Origin: an uncultured delta proteobacterium
GTDB taxonomy: Bacteria; Desulfobacterota; Binatia; UBA9968
DNA length: 64,000 nucleotides
NCBI GenBank assembly: GCA_963727625.1
Contig: CAVSHR010000004.1
Span: forward strand, 704,001-768,000
Direction: 5' to 3'
The notes under the pieces are model-generated. The model was given only the letters and a program-made list of their open reading frames with translations, was not told the DNA's origin and did no database searches. Shown in pieces: positions 48,921-58,733 of this stretch (position 1 is the first letter of the stretch; every line of letters starts with the position of its first letter). The position numbers were made by a program, and so were the translations under genes.

Positions 48921-49775
48921 TCACGCGACTTTCGACACGCGCTCGGACGCCGTCGAGAATCCCTTCTCCAACCACCAATGCGCCACTTCGCTGCCGGTGG
49001 CGAACCAGACACCCTTGTGCGATTTCATATAGCCGATGATTTCCGAGAGAATCTTGGCTCTGCCGGGCCGGCTGGAAATGTACGGATGAAATTGGAACGG
49101 GCAGAAGGTCGGCGCGGTGCCCGACTCTTCGTAAAACTGATCGAACATCCCTTTCCAAACCACCAGCGTGTCATTGGGATTGCCCGAATCGCGATGGCCG
49201 TAGGTGCGCCCGTCGCCGAACGGCTGGCGCGGCAACTCGACCAGTTTCTTTTTGCCGTTCTGCCAAACGAACGGCAGATCATGCGAGAAAGAATTGCTGT
49301 TCCACAGGTAGCCTTGCTCCAGGAGCAGTTCCAAGCTGTTAGGACTCTGGGTGCAGGAGCGCCAACCGAACGGCCGCTTTTGGGCTCGATTGAGTATCAT
49401 GTCCGTGGTTCGCTTGATGACATCGCGCTCTTCATCTTTGGCGAGATCGCGCGCCACTTCGTGATGGTAGCCGTGGCCGGCGACCTCATGTCCCTGGGCG
49501 ATAATCGCCGTCACCGCTTCGGGATAGCGTTCCGCAATGCCGCCACATGTGAGGAACGTGGCTTTGACTTCGTGCGAAGCAAGAATCCGCAAAATCCGCC
49601 AGATTCCGGTATTGGGTCCGTATTCGGCCTGGGTGTACTCCTCGTGATTAATCTTGCCGTTCTTATCGGGTCTAACGTCTTCGCCTCCTTGAAAATCGAA
49701 GCTCAAAAGAACCGCGATGCGCGAGTCGCCTGGCCAATGAATCTTCCCGCCGGAGTGCAGTTCTTGAAGCGCCAT
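48921..49775 (-). CDS. Polysaccharide deacetylase family protein (PuuE-like)
   Basis: EYGPNTGIWRIL, GHEVAGHGYHH, FHPYISSRPGR, VWFATGSEVA. Confidence 0.88.
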   Translation of the reverse strand: MALQELHSGGKIHWPGDSRIAVLLSFDFQGGEDVRPDKNGKINHEEYTQAEYGPNTGIWRILRILASHEVKATFLTCGGIAERYPEAVTAIIAQGHEVAGHGYHHEVARDLAKDEERDVIKRTTDMILNRAQKRPFGWRSCTQSPNSLELLLEQGYLWNSNSFSHDLPFVWQNGKKKLVELPRQPFGDGRTYGHRDSGNPNDTLVVWKGMFDQFYEESGTAPTFCPFQFHPYISSRPGRAKILSEIIGYMKSHKGVWFATGSEVAHWWLEKGFSTASERVSKVA

Positions 49776-49960
49776 GATGAACCTCCTTAGGTAAACAATA
49801 TTTAGGATGAGCTTGAAGCAACCTCGCCTGCGCTGCTAAGAGCCAGCCCACTGATTGATAGTCCAGCGACTCGCGACTTGCAAGTTAAATTTCGGATTCA
49901 CATTGTGACTCTGGAGAAAAAATTGTATAGAGGGCCGAACGTGCTCTTCGGAGGTCATCG

Positions 49961-51184
49961 ATGTCGGGGGCAAACGGCAAATTCAATGTCGGCGGCGTGC
50001 TGTTAAATCAACCCTTCAAAATCCGCCGGCTCGGCCATTTCGGTTTCAATCTTTCCAACATGGAAGCGGGCGTGCATTTCTACGTAGATTTGCTCGGCTT
50101 TCGCATTTCCGACGTCATAGACTACTCACGCCGCGCCAAGGATCCGGCACAGATGAAGGGACTCGGCGACCCCAACGGCTATTTCACCCGTTACGGAACC
50201 GATCATCACGCCATGGTGCTGTTCCCCGAGCGCGTGCGCGACGCGCTCGGCAGGCACGAACAACCCGGAATCACCGTGAATCAGATCACCTGGCAAGTCG
50301 GCAGCTTGAGCGAAGTCAGCAACGCGATCAAATGGTTTGGCCAGCGCGGCATCAAGCAACAACGCTCGGGCCGCGACATGCCCGGGTCGAATTGGCACAC
50401 TTATCTTTACGATCCCGACGGCCAGAGCAATGAGCTTTATTACGGCATCGAGCAAATCGGCTGGAACGGCCACAGCAAACCGAAAGCGATGTACGAACGC
50501 GGCTTCGACAAGCCGCCCGAGCTGCCGCAGATTTCGGAATTCGCCGAAGTCGAACAAGCACGCGCCAAGGGCATCGACATTTCCTCCGGCTATCGTTACC
50601 TCGACAAACTACCGGCGACCTACGACGTGGACGGGACTCTGCTGCCGCGCCCCTTCAAGATCGTTCGCCTCGGTCCGGTTTACTTGTTCGTTGACGACCT
50701 CGACAAAGCCGCGGAATTTTATTGCGACAGCCTGGGGTTTACTGTCAGCGAAGAAGTTCTTTACAAAAACCAGCGCTGCCAGTTCTTGCGTTGCAATACC
50801 GAGCACCACTCCGTCGGCCTGCTGCCGTTGCCGTTACGCGACAGCCTCGGTTTGAGTCCCCATTCCAAGTGCGCTGCCTTCGGCCTTCAGCTCGCCAATT
50901 ACCGCCAGTTGAAAGACGCGGTGAAGTATTTTCGCGACAACGGCGTCGAGGTGGCCGAATCGATCCCGCCCGAACTGCACCCGGGCATCGAATACTCCGC
51001 GACGGTGCGCGACCCGGACGGTCACACGATCCAACTTTATTATGCCATGGAACAGATCGGCTGGAACGGCAAACCGAGGCCGCAGAATTTGCGCCATGCG
51101 CGCAAGCTCAATGATTGGCCGGAAGCTTTGGAGCATGACACCAATGCCTATCTCGGCGAACCATTTTACGGTCCGTGGGGATAA
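49961..51184 (+). CDS. VOC-family extradiol dioxygenase-like protein
   Basis: PFKIRRLGHFG, TDHHA, GRDMPGSNWHTY.YDPDG, RCNTEHHS, DPDGHTIQLYY. Confidence 0.85.
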   Translation: MSGANGKFNVGGVLLNQPFKIRRLGHFGFNLSNMEAGVHFYVDLLGFRISDVIDYSRRAKDPAQMKGLGDPNGYFTRYGTDHHAMVLFPERVRDALGRHEQPGITVNQITWQVGSLSEVSNAIKWFGQRGIKQQRSGRDMPGSNWHTYLYDPDGQSNELYYGIEQIGWNGHSKPKAMYERGFDKPPELPQISEFAEVEQARAKGIDISSGYRYLDKLPATYDVDGTLLPRPFKIVRLGPVYLFVDDLDKAAEFYCDSLGFTVSEEVLYKNQRCQFLRCNTEHHSVGLLPLPLRDSLGLSPHSKCAAFGLQLANYRQLKDAVKYFRDNGVEVAESIPPELHPGIEYSATVRDPDGHTIQLYYAMEQIGWNGKPRPQNLRHARKLNDWPEALEHDTNAYLGEPFYGPWG

Positions 51185-51292
51185 TGCACACAGACAACGA
51201 TCTCTCGCTTGCGCGCTATCGTTTCGAAACGCGGCGAGCGATTCAAACCCGCCCAATCGAGCGCGACGAACCAACGGTGAGGACCAAACGAG

Positions 51293-52168
51293 ATGGAAGA
51301 ACCAATTAATTTCCAGTCGGACGGACTTAAAATCGCCGGCATCATCGACACTCCGCCCAATTACAAGTCCGGAGAACGCAGGCCGGCCTTTATCGTCCTG
51401 CACGGCTTTGGCGGCAACAAGAACGGCCTCGGCCAAACCGTTGTTGCCAAGCAGTTTACCCAATGGGGATACGTGACCCTGCGTATCGATTTTCGCGGCT
51501 GCGGCGAGAGCGAAGGGGAGCACGGCAGGATTATCTGCCTCGACCAAGTCGCCGATACGCGCAACGCGATTTCTTTTTTGGCGAGCCGCCCCCAAGTCGA
51601 ACCGCAAAGAATTGCCTTGGTCGGCAGCAGCTTCGGCGCGGCGGTAGCGGTTTTTACCGGCGGCGCCGACCGGCGCGCGGCGGCGGTGATCTCGTGCGGC
51701 GGGTGGGGTGACGGCGAGCGCAAGTTCCGCGGCCAGCATACGACGCCGGAGGCTTGGGCAAAATTCACCGACATGCTCGAAGAGGGCAAGCGCCATCGCG
51801 AGCGCACCGGCAAGTCGCTCATGGTACCGCGCTACGACATCGTGCCGATCCCGGAAAAGCTGCGCAACCGCATGAGCCGCGGCTCGATCATGGAGTTTCC
51901 GGCGGAAACCGCGCAGAGCATGAACGACTTTCGCGCCGATGATCAGGTCGGCAACATTTCGCCGCGGCCGCTGTTGCTCTTGCACAGCGCCAAGGACTCG
52001 GTAACGCCCACTTACGAGTCGATTGAAATGTTCAAGAAGGCCGGCCAGCCGGCCGAGCTCCACCTGCTCTCGGACATCGACCATTTCACCTTCACCGAGG
52101 AAAACCCGCGCTTGACGAATATCGTTCACGAATGGCTCGGGAAATATTTTCCCGTGGAGAGGCGTTAG
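51293..52168 (+). CDS. Alpha/beta hydrolase
   Basis: LHGFG, DFRGCGESEG, GSSFG, D.VTP, DHF. Confidence 0.9.
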   Translation: MEEPINFQSDGLKIAGIIDTPPNYKSGERRPAFIVLHGFGGNKNGLGQTVVAKQFTQWGYVTLRIDFRGCGESEGEHGRIICLDQVADTRNAISFLASRPQVEPQRIALVGSSFGAAVAVFTGGADRRAAAVISCGGWGDGERKFRGQHTTPEAWAKFTDMLEEGKRHRERTGKSLMVPRYDIVPIPEKLRNRMSRGSIMEFPAETAQSMNDFRADDQVGNISPRPLLLLHSAKDSVTPTYESIEMFKKAGQPAELHLLSDIDHFTFTEENPRLTNIVHEWLGKYFPVERR

Positions 52169-52189
52169 AAATTCGACGAAGATCGTTAA

Positions 52190-52267
52190 CACCACGAAAG
52201 CACGAAGATCACAAAGGTTCGGAAATCAGTTTTCTTTAACGTCGTGCCGCGCTGTGTCTTTCGTGGT
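52190..52267. repeat. Intergenic palindrome family C (CACGAAG-type ~9-mer units)
   Basis: CACCACGAAAGCACGAAGATCACAAAGG ... GTGTCTTTCGTGGT. Confidence 0.75.
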
Positions 52268-52301
52268 AAATGAATAATCTCTTTTTAGATTAGGATTTAT
52301 T

Positions 52302-53354
52302 GTGCCGAAGCTCGACCACCGAGAACTCTCAAGATTCTGCAGCCAGCTTCTTTCCGCCGGCGGCATTCCGGCCGACGACGCCAAGCTCGTTGCGGAATTG
52401 CTCGTCAAAGCCGATTTACGGGGCTATTCCGGCCATGGGGTAACCCGAGTCAATCAATATTTGGCGTTCGTCCGAAACAAGACCTACGATCTCAGCGCGA
52501 AGCCCGTAATCGAACGCGAAGGCAAAGTCACCGCGATCATCGACGCCAAACACTCTATCGGCCAAGTCGCCGCACATATGGCGATCGAGCTGGCCATAAA
52601 AAAAGCCAAAGAACATGGCACCGGCATCGTCTGTTTGCGCCGCGCCGGTCACACTGGACGATTGGCCGATTACATGGAAATGGCGGCTGCGGAAGGGCTG
52701 ATTGGCATGGGCGCGGTGAGCGTCGGTTCGGCGACCACGACACTTTATGGCGGCATGAAGCCGGTTATGGGAACCAACCCGATGGCATTCGGCATTCCGG
52801 CCCGCGACGGCCGGCAAATCATCCTCGACTTCGCCACCGCATCCATGAGCATGGGCGAAATCCAGAAACGCGTGGCGCGCAAAGAGCCGCTTCCCGCAGG
52901 CGTGCTCCTAGACGGCCACGGCCAACCCACGAACGACTTCAGAACTTTTCGCGGGCCGCCACGCGGCGTGTTTTTACCTTTCGGCGGTTATAAAGGTTCG
53001 GGCATAGCCCTGATAACGGAAATCCTCGGCGGCCTCCTGTCCGGCAACGGCCTGGGCAAACAGTGGTGGAACAAGGGCGGCCACGGCGTCAACGGGGTTT
53101 TTCTCCTGGCCTTCGCGGTCGAAGAGTTTCAGGAGCTAGAGAGTTTTTACGACCGAGTCGACGAATTAATCGCGTTCATCAAATCTACCCAATGCGCGCC
53201 AGGCTTCGCGGAAATCTTGCTGCCCGGCGAGTCGGGTCGGCGTCGCGAAGCCGAGCAGAAATCCGCCGGTGTCGCCGTCGGCGACAGTACCTGGTCGGAG
53301 CTCATCGAATTAGCCGCAGAATTAGGGGTAAGTGAAGTGCCCGCCTGCGGTTGA
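52302..53354 (+). CDS. Ldh_2 family (malate/lactate/ureidoglycolate) dehydrogenase
   Basis: ADLRG.SGHG, HTGRLADY, GTNPMAF, DFATA, PFGGYKGSG, LPGE. Confidence 0.92.
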   Translation: MPKLDHRELSRFCSQLLSAGGIPADDAKLVAELLVKADLRGYSGHGVTRVNQYLAFVRNKTYDLSAKPVIEREGKVTAIIDAKHSIGQVAAHMAIELAIKKAKEHGTGIVCLRRAGHTGRLADYMEMAAAEGLIGMGAVSVGSATTTLYGGMKPVMGTNPMAFGIPARDGRQIILDFATASMSMGEIQKRVARKEPLPAGVLLDGHGQPTNDFRTFRGPPRGVFLPFGGYKGSGIALITEILGGLLSGNGLGKQWWNKGGHGVNGVFLLAFAVEEFQELESFYDRVDELIAFIKSTQCAPGFAEILLPGESGRRREAEQKSAGVAVGDSTWSELIELAAELGVSEVPACG

Positions 53355-53399
53355 CCGAAGCGCGGAATCGTCGCAGTCTAGAAAAAAGGAGGCAACAAA

Positions 53400-54221
53400 A
53401 TGGTCATACGAGAACTCAAAGACGGACGCTGTTACGCGGCTCTGCAGGAAGATCACGCCGAGCTTGCGGCGCAATTCGCCGCGCACTGGGGCAACGCGCG
53501 CTTCTCCAAGCTTCGCCCCTATCAGACTATGGTCCTCGCCACGACCTATCACGACAGCGGCTATCGCGAATGGGAAGGAACCCCGCCGATGAACGTTGCC
53601 AAAGGGCGTCCCTACGCGCACCGCGAGGATGTGCCGAATTTCGAAGCGACCGAGCTGAAAGCCTACGCGAAAAATGTCGATTGGCTGAGCGCGCAGGACC
53701 CCTACGCCGCCCTGCTCGTCTCCATGCACCGCACCGGGCTATGGCACAATCGCTACAACATTTTTACCGAACCGGCGGGCAGATTGCGCGAGCGCAGCCA
53801 AGCGATCAAAGACGCCAAGATCAAACTGGAGACCCAGCAGGCCGAGGTCAAGCGCAAATTGATGGAGTTGGAACCCGGATTCGAGAACGAGCTTGCGTAC
53901 AATTACATGGCACTGCAGATTTTCGATCTGCTGTCGCTCTATTTCTGCTGTGACGGCTACGCCTCAGAAGATCAGTTCAAGGAATACACGATAGCGCCGG
54001 TGCGCCTCAGTTACGAAAGCGATGAAGCAGTCAAGCTCACGCTCCGCCCCAATGGCGCCGGCTCGGTGATCATCGATCCCTATCCGTTCGATGCGAGCTC
54101 GCTAAAGTTCTCCGCCCGCGCCCGCGTCGTCGCCCCGCCGGCGGAAAAATCCGAAGCTGCCTGCATCGACGCGTACCACAAGGCAGCGCGGCAAATGATC
54201 ACGTTCGAAGTCTCGGCCTGA
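53400..54221 (+). CDS. DUF3891 family protein
   Basis: QEDHAELAAQFAAHWGN, HDSG..EWE, DPYAALLVSMH, QIFDLLSLYFC, DPYPF. Confidence 0.85.
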   Translation: MVIRELKDGRCYAALQEDHAELAAQFAAHWGNARFSKLRPYQTMVLATTYHDSGYREWEGTPPMNVAKGRPYAHREDVPNFEATELKAYAKNVDWLSAQDPYAALLVSMHRTGLWHNRYNIFTEPAGRLRERSQAIKDAKIKLETQQAEVKRKLMELEPGFENELAYNYMALQIFDLLSLYFCCDGYASEDQFKEYTIAPVRLSYESDEAVKLTLRPNGAGSVIIDPYPFDASSLKFSARARVVAPPAEKSEAACIDAYHKAARQMITFEVSA

Positions 54222-54240
54222 TTCAAGCGACAGATGATCC

Positions 54241-54320
54241 CACCACGAAGGTCACGGAGCACACGAAGGTTTAGGACACAAGTTCTCAAAAACTTCGTGA
54301 TCTTCGTGCGCTTCGTGGTG
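54241..54320. repeat. Intergenic palindrome family C
   Basis: CACCACGAAGGTCACGGAGCACACGAAGG ... CTTCGTGATCTTCGTGCGCTTCGTGGTG. Confidence 0.85.
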
Positions 54321-54330
54321 AGTCCGATCC

Positions 54331-54969
54331 TCACTCATCGTAAATCTCCACGCGGATCGCCTGTCCTCTTCCCGACTCCGGACAGGCGCTCGCCGCCACC
54401 AACAAATCCATTTCGGCGCGCAAGTCGACATGCGCTTCGTCTTTCGGCCGAATCATCGTGTCGTACATGACGCCGGTGTCGGCATCGATGCGCATGCACT
54501 GAAAAATGTTGAACGGGCTCGGCACGTTGTCAGGCGCGATTTTCCACGGCTTAACCGCATTGCTTAGATTCTCCCAGCAGCCGTGATCGGGAATCTCTTC
54601 CGCCTTCTTGGGATTGATATCGACGCCCTCGGCGAAGACCCGTTTCGATTGCCCCTGCGCGACCATCTCGAAGCGCTTGCGGCTGCACATGCCCTTCTGC
54701 AAATCATGCCTCCCCTCGATGAAGCTATCTTCTACGATCGTCAGCATGGAATTATTTCTCTTTGAGTAAAGAACATCGCCGGAGCTGATGAAAATTTTCA
54801 CCTGATTGGTTTTGGTCCGCGCCTGATCGAAGCGCTCGGTCAAATCGTGCAGATTAAACGCCACGAAATCGACGATGCTCTTCCCTGCAATCCGAATTCT
54901 CTGCCCCTTTTTCAACTCAAACGCTGCGCCGGAATTCTTCGGTACGACTTCACTCGTTACGATCGCCAT
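54331..54969 (-). CDS. Urea carboxylase-associated family protein (DUF1989)
   Basis: AFELKKGQRIRI, DFVAFN, HDL...C, HGCWENL, PFNIF, LRAEMDLLVAASACP. Confidence 0.88.
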   Translation of the reverse strand: MAIVTSEVVPKNSGAAFELKKGQRIRIAGKSIVDFVAFNLHDLTERFDQARTKTNQVKIFISSGDVLYSKRNNSMLTIVEDSFIEGRHDLQKGMCSRKRFEMVAQGQSKRVFAEGVDINPKKAEEIPDHGCWENLSNAVKPWKIAPDNVPSPFNIFQCMRIDADTGVMYDTMIRPKDEAHVDLRAEMDLLVAASACPESGRGQAIRVEIYDE

Positions 54970-55273
54970 TGGGTCTCCTTGCAATGACAGGCTTGCCAAG
55001 CGGGATGATTCTTTCACCGCAAAATGACTGCTGTCAATCGGATGACATTTGCTCGAGCGGAACCGCAACCTTTCCAATGTTATTGGTGATCGGGTTAAGG
55101 CAGGCCATGGCCCCCGGCGGACAACAAATGCCCGGAGTTTTACTGTTTAGGTGAAATCTACCGGGCGAAAAAGGCCGTTGGGCCGCGAAAAGGAAGCGCC
55201 TCGCTGATCTCCGGTGAAAACCACTTTGCGCGGCGTGTTCGCCGCGCTTCGATCGCAATTTAGCACAAATTCG

Positions 55274-56176
55274 CTATTGTTGCGTGCCGAAGATGGAAAT
55301 TTGCTGGACTTCGAACTCTCCGCCTTTATTGATGAAGGCAAAACCATCGAACGGATCGCTGTAAGCTCGGTCAACCGTACGGATGACTTCCTTGGCGTCC
55401 AAGAGCACTACCATTTCGCCGTCGCCGCTTCGGCGCCACTCAAATGTGTGCGGAACACCGTCGTCAAGGACGATTTCTTGACCGACTCGCTCGATGACAG
55501 ACGAACGGTTTGACCCAAAACGAAGCAACGACAAAGACGGAGCGCTTCCAGACTCATAGGCCAGCCGGTATCCCGAGCTTCGGTCTTGGCCCTGATATGG
55601 ACCAAATTCTAACCGGTTGGTTCGGTCGCCATAGTTCTTTGAGTCAATCTTAAGCTTGAGCGCAAAAGCATTGCTGATCCCGACCCGGGTAATGATCTCA
55701 GCTTCGGGTTTTGCGCCCGTTTGCGCTTCACCGGCTGTCTGTTCGCGGTTTCCGAGCAAAATGTCGGTCAATACGTCCAAAGCGGGGCTGTCGCTTCCAC
55801 GGTCCGATGTACGGTACCTTCCGGACGAAGGCAGTTCTAAATAAGTCCCGAGCCCTCCCCCCCGCCGCACCCAAAATTCCCCGCGGTTTACCGTCCAACG
55901 CGGATTGTAGGTATAATCGCCGTCACGAAAGTCATCGTAAAGAAGCGAAACTCTCCAAGGCCAATCGTACCGGCGAACCAGATCCTTTAGCTGCCTGGTT
56001 ATAGAGAAACTGGATCGCCGGTCATGTTCCGCTCCGCGAATCACGTCCTTCAAAAGATCCACCAACTCCTGCGTCCGACTGCCTGAGACCTGCTCCTGAT
56101 CCATTTGGGCCCGGACAGCCGAAGCCGAAACGATCGTAAAAAACATCGCAAGCAAGACGACTCGGCTTGTATTCAT
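55274..56176 (-). CDS. Secreted hypothetical protein (possible beta-sandwich domain)
   Basis: Signal peptide ending VRA; DDFRDGDYT.NP.W; beta-rich C-terminal part. Confidence 0.65.
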   Translation of the reverse strand: MNTSRVVLLAMFFTIVSASAVRAQMDQEQVSGSRTQELVDLLKDVIRGAEHDRRSSFSITRQLKDLVRRYDWPWRVSLLYDDFRDGDYTYNPRWTVNRGEFWVRRGGGLGTYLELPSSGRYRTSDRGSDSPALDVLTDILLGNREQTAGEAQTGAKPEAEIITRVGISNAFALKLKIDSKNYGDRTNRLEFGPYQGQDRSSGYRLAYESGSAPSLSLLRFGSNRSSVIERVGQEIVLDDGVPHTFEWRRSGDGEMVVLLDAKEVIRTVDRAYSDPFDGFAFINKGGEFEVQQISIFGTQQ

Positions 56177-56250
56177 CTTTCCACCTGCACTTTCTCGGTT
56201 CAACATTTATTGAACTCGGCTGATTTTCTATTTCCACTCGGGAGACCTAA

Positions 56251-56265
56251 GCAAGGCGCATACCG
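56251..56265 (-). promoter_or_regulatory. Sigma54 (-24/-12) promoter
   Basis: CGGTATGCGCCTTGC on the minus strand (GG-N10-GC), 75 nt upstream of the secreted protein gene. Confidence 0.6.
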
Positions 56266-56504
56266 CCCCTTCGCACCGTCGAATCACTCACATTCAAGGA
56301 AATTCGTGGAATTGTCAGAATTTCAAAGAACTAAATTCTGTGAGAAAGGAACGAAAATGTACGCGGTCGGAAGGCTAAGTTTTGCTTGGCCCGCCAAGGC
56401 AGTCGCGTTCTCGCCGCGGTAAAAAGCTCACTTAAGACAATTCATTGCGGCTGGCGGATACGAAGGATGACAACGTGAGTTCCGTACGCCCCGGGCAATG
56501 AACG

Positions 56505-56592
56505 TCGCCGCGATCGGAAGTTGCTGCCCCTTCTTCACCTCAAACGCGGCGCCGAAATTTTTCGGCACGATTTCGCTCTTCACAATAGCCAT
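56505..56592 (-). pseudogene. Truncated second copy of the DUF1989 gene 5' end
   Basis: MAIVKSEIVPKNFGAAFEVKKGQQLPIA versus MAIVTSEVVPKNSGAAFELKKGQRIRIA at 54969; similarity stops after about 29 codons. Confidence 0.8.
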
Positions 56593-56853
56593 AGGGGCTC
56601 CTTTACACGTCCGCAAAGCGGGACAATTCTTTTGATCAGGGCACAAGACGTATCAAGTCCTGTGGACGGAAACGAAAATATTTTTGGGGGCAGTTTGCAG
56701 ACTGAGCAGCTCTTGCCCGGCTCGTAAGCCCGGTCTGTTGAGGTCTACTTGTTGCAAGGGCGTGGAGGCACGCGATTCGGGATCGAAGCCCGCTTCGGTG
56801 AGCGCGCGTTTATGGCACCGGTAGGCGAATCGATGATGCGGGTCGCTCGGTTT

Positions 56854-57884
56854 TCATGACATGCCGCGCTGTGAGTTTCCAGGCGGTAGGTTTCCAAAAT
56901 CCTGGAGCCTCCCGTCGGGAGTTCTAACGACATGTTTTAGAGGCGCGCCCGAAAGATAACGTCGCGTGTTGTCGCGGATAAGTTCGCTCATCCGACGCCA
57001 CAATTCCGGCCCGCCCTGCCCGCCCACATGGGGTGTCATCAGCACGTTGGGGAGATCCCAGAGCGGACTCGCCACCGGCAATGGTTCTTGGGCGAAGGCG
57101 TCGAGGCCGGCCCCCATGATGCGCCCCTCGGTGAGAGCCCGTACCAGTGCCGCCTCATCCACCACCTTGCCTCGGGAAATGTTCACGAGGATCGCCGTCT
57201 CTTTCATGAGCGCGATCCTTTCGGCGCTCATGAATCCCCGGGTGACGCTGTCGAGCGGCATCGCCACCATCACCACGTCGGCAGTGGGAAGCACCTCGGC
57301 GACTTTTTCCCGGGACACCACACGGTCGATCTCGGGCGCGGCGGGGGCGGGTGCGCGGGTGACGCAGATCACCTCCATGTCGAATGCCTTAGCCTTTCGC
57401 GCGATGTCCTGACCGATGCGGCCCATGCCGAGAATCACCATGCGCGCTCCATCGGGCGCGGCCATGTGGTCGGACATGGCCTGCCGCGCCCAAACCCGTT
57501 GCGCGCGGCAGGCCTCGAACCGGTGAAAGCCGCGCATGACACCTAGCATCAGGGCGATGGCGTGGCCGGCCAGCACCCGCTGGCTGACGCCGCCGGAGTT
57601 CGTTACCCAGACACCGTCGGGCAGCCCCGCCCTCAACGCAACATCGATACCGACAGTGGTGAACTGGATCCACTTGAGAGCGCGCCCCTTGTCGCGCACC
57701 AGTTTCGCGAACTCGGGGGTGAAAGCGGAGTTGTAGACAACAAGGACTTCCGCGCCGTCGAGCGCTCCGGCCAGAGACTCCAAGCTATCGGCCTTGACTG
57801 CTTCGACCTCGGGAAATTCCTGCAGAAAGTCTTCGTCCACCACATCGTGAGTAGCGCGCACAACTGGGCAACACGAACTGTCAC
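56854..57884 (-). CDS. D-2-hydroxyacid dehydrogenase; probable frameshift near the 5' end
   Basis: ILGMGRIG, VNISRGKVVDE, GAGLDAF..EPLP, TPHVGG; RBS-preceded GTG at 57884 is 23 nt from the in-frame GTG at 57861. Confidence 0.85.
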
Positions 57885-58056
57885 GCCGTCCCTTTCTGAC
57901 CTAGGCACGCCGATGCGCGCGGTCGCGGATAAGAATTTTAAGCACCACTTTTTTCTAACTGGAGGTTTATCGACAAACCCTTGGGTCGTCGGGCGGCACA
58001 ACCTTAATCTCCAAGATAGCCTTAGGATTTCCTTAACACGCCTGCCAAGCGACCAA

Positions 58057-58085
58057 ATTCTTTCATCGTCCGATAGAGCTGTCAA
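58057..58085 (-). promoter_or_regulatory. Sigma70-like promoter pointing towards the dehydrogenase
   Basis: TTGACA-17 nt-AAGAAT with an extended -10 TG, minus strand. Confidence 0.5.
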
Positions 58086-58175
58086 ACAAACTAGCCGCAA
58101 ATCCTTCCGGCCACGTTAGATCAAATCGATAGCCCAAAGATTACACACCTACTGGAAATACCGCGTGTGATTATT

Positions 58176-58277
58176 GTGCTCGGTGACACGGGCATGGGTC
58201 TCACCGGAAGCGAGATCGGCCGTTACCTTCGCGAATGTGGCCTCGCCGACCGTAATCCGGCGATTACGCTATGGCGG
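58176..58277 (+). pseudogene. N-terminal relic of a TIGR02391 (Ymh/HEPN-like) protein
   Basis: VLGDTGMGLTGSEIGRYLRECGLADRNPAITLWR matches the recalled family N-terminus LGDT..GLTGSEI...L..C.I.D..P..TKW.R. Confidence 0.75.
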
Positions 58278-58427
58278 GAGACACCACGATCCCTATGGAG
58301 GATAGGCAAACGATCGTAGGGGCGCTTGTTTTGGCGATTCGCCGGGACCTATTACGCCGCAAGTTAGTGCGACAAACCAGCCTTCAGCCGAAAGACTACG
58401 TGCACGTGTCGCCGGGAAAATAGCGGC

Positions 58428-58516
58428 GCCCAACAAAGTCTTGCAGCAGACCGCCCCGAGGGGGCTTGGGTGTCCCTCGTTGCTTCGCGCCTAGCGGCTG
58501 AAGGCGAATGTTGTAT
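58428..58516 (+). mobile_element. Integron attC site (89 bp)
   Basis: R'' GCCCAAC, L'' GTCTT(G)CAGC, L' GCTGAAGGC, R' GTTGTAT; starts 4 nt after the stop of an ORF remnant (...LAIRRDLLRRKLVRQTSLQPKDYVHVSPGK*). Confidence 0.75.
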
Positions 58517-58733
58517 GCAGATAATTAATGCAACCCGAATCGGAGACGCTGTTCGTGCCGCTGAGATGGGCATTGGAACCATCGACAGGAGTGATAACCA
58601 TGACTCACCGAATGCCTCAGTCCGGCCGGGGCACCGGTCAGCCCGTTAGGAGTAGTGGCGGCCACAGAACAGCCCACACAAGACACGAACGCCACACGCC
58701 GCGGGACACAACAGCAAACAGTGGGAAGGAATC

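Noticed and set aside
58592-58651. Third attC called as a feature
   Set aside because: Inner stem pairs but R/L box spacing is degenerate; mentioned only as possible within the cassette finding.
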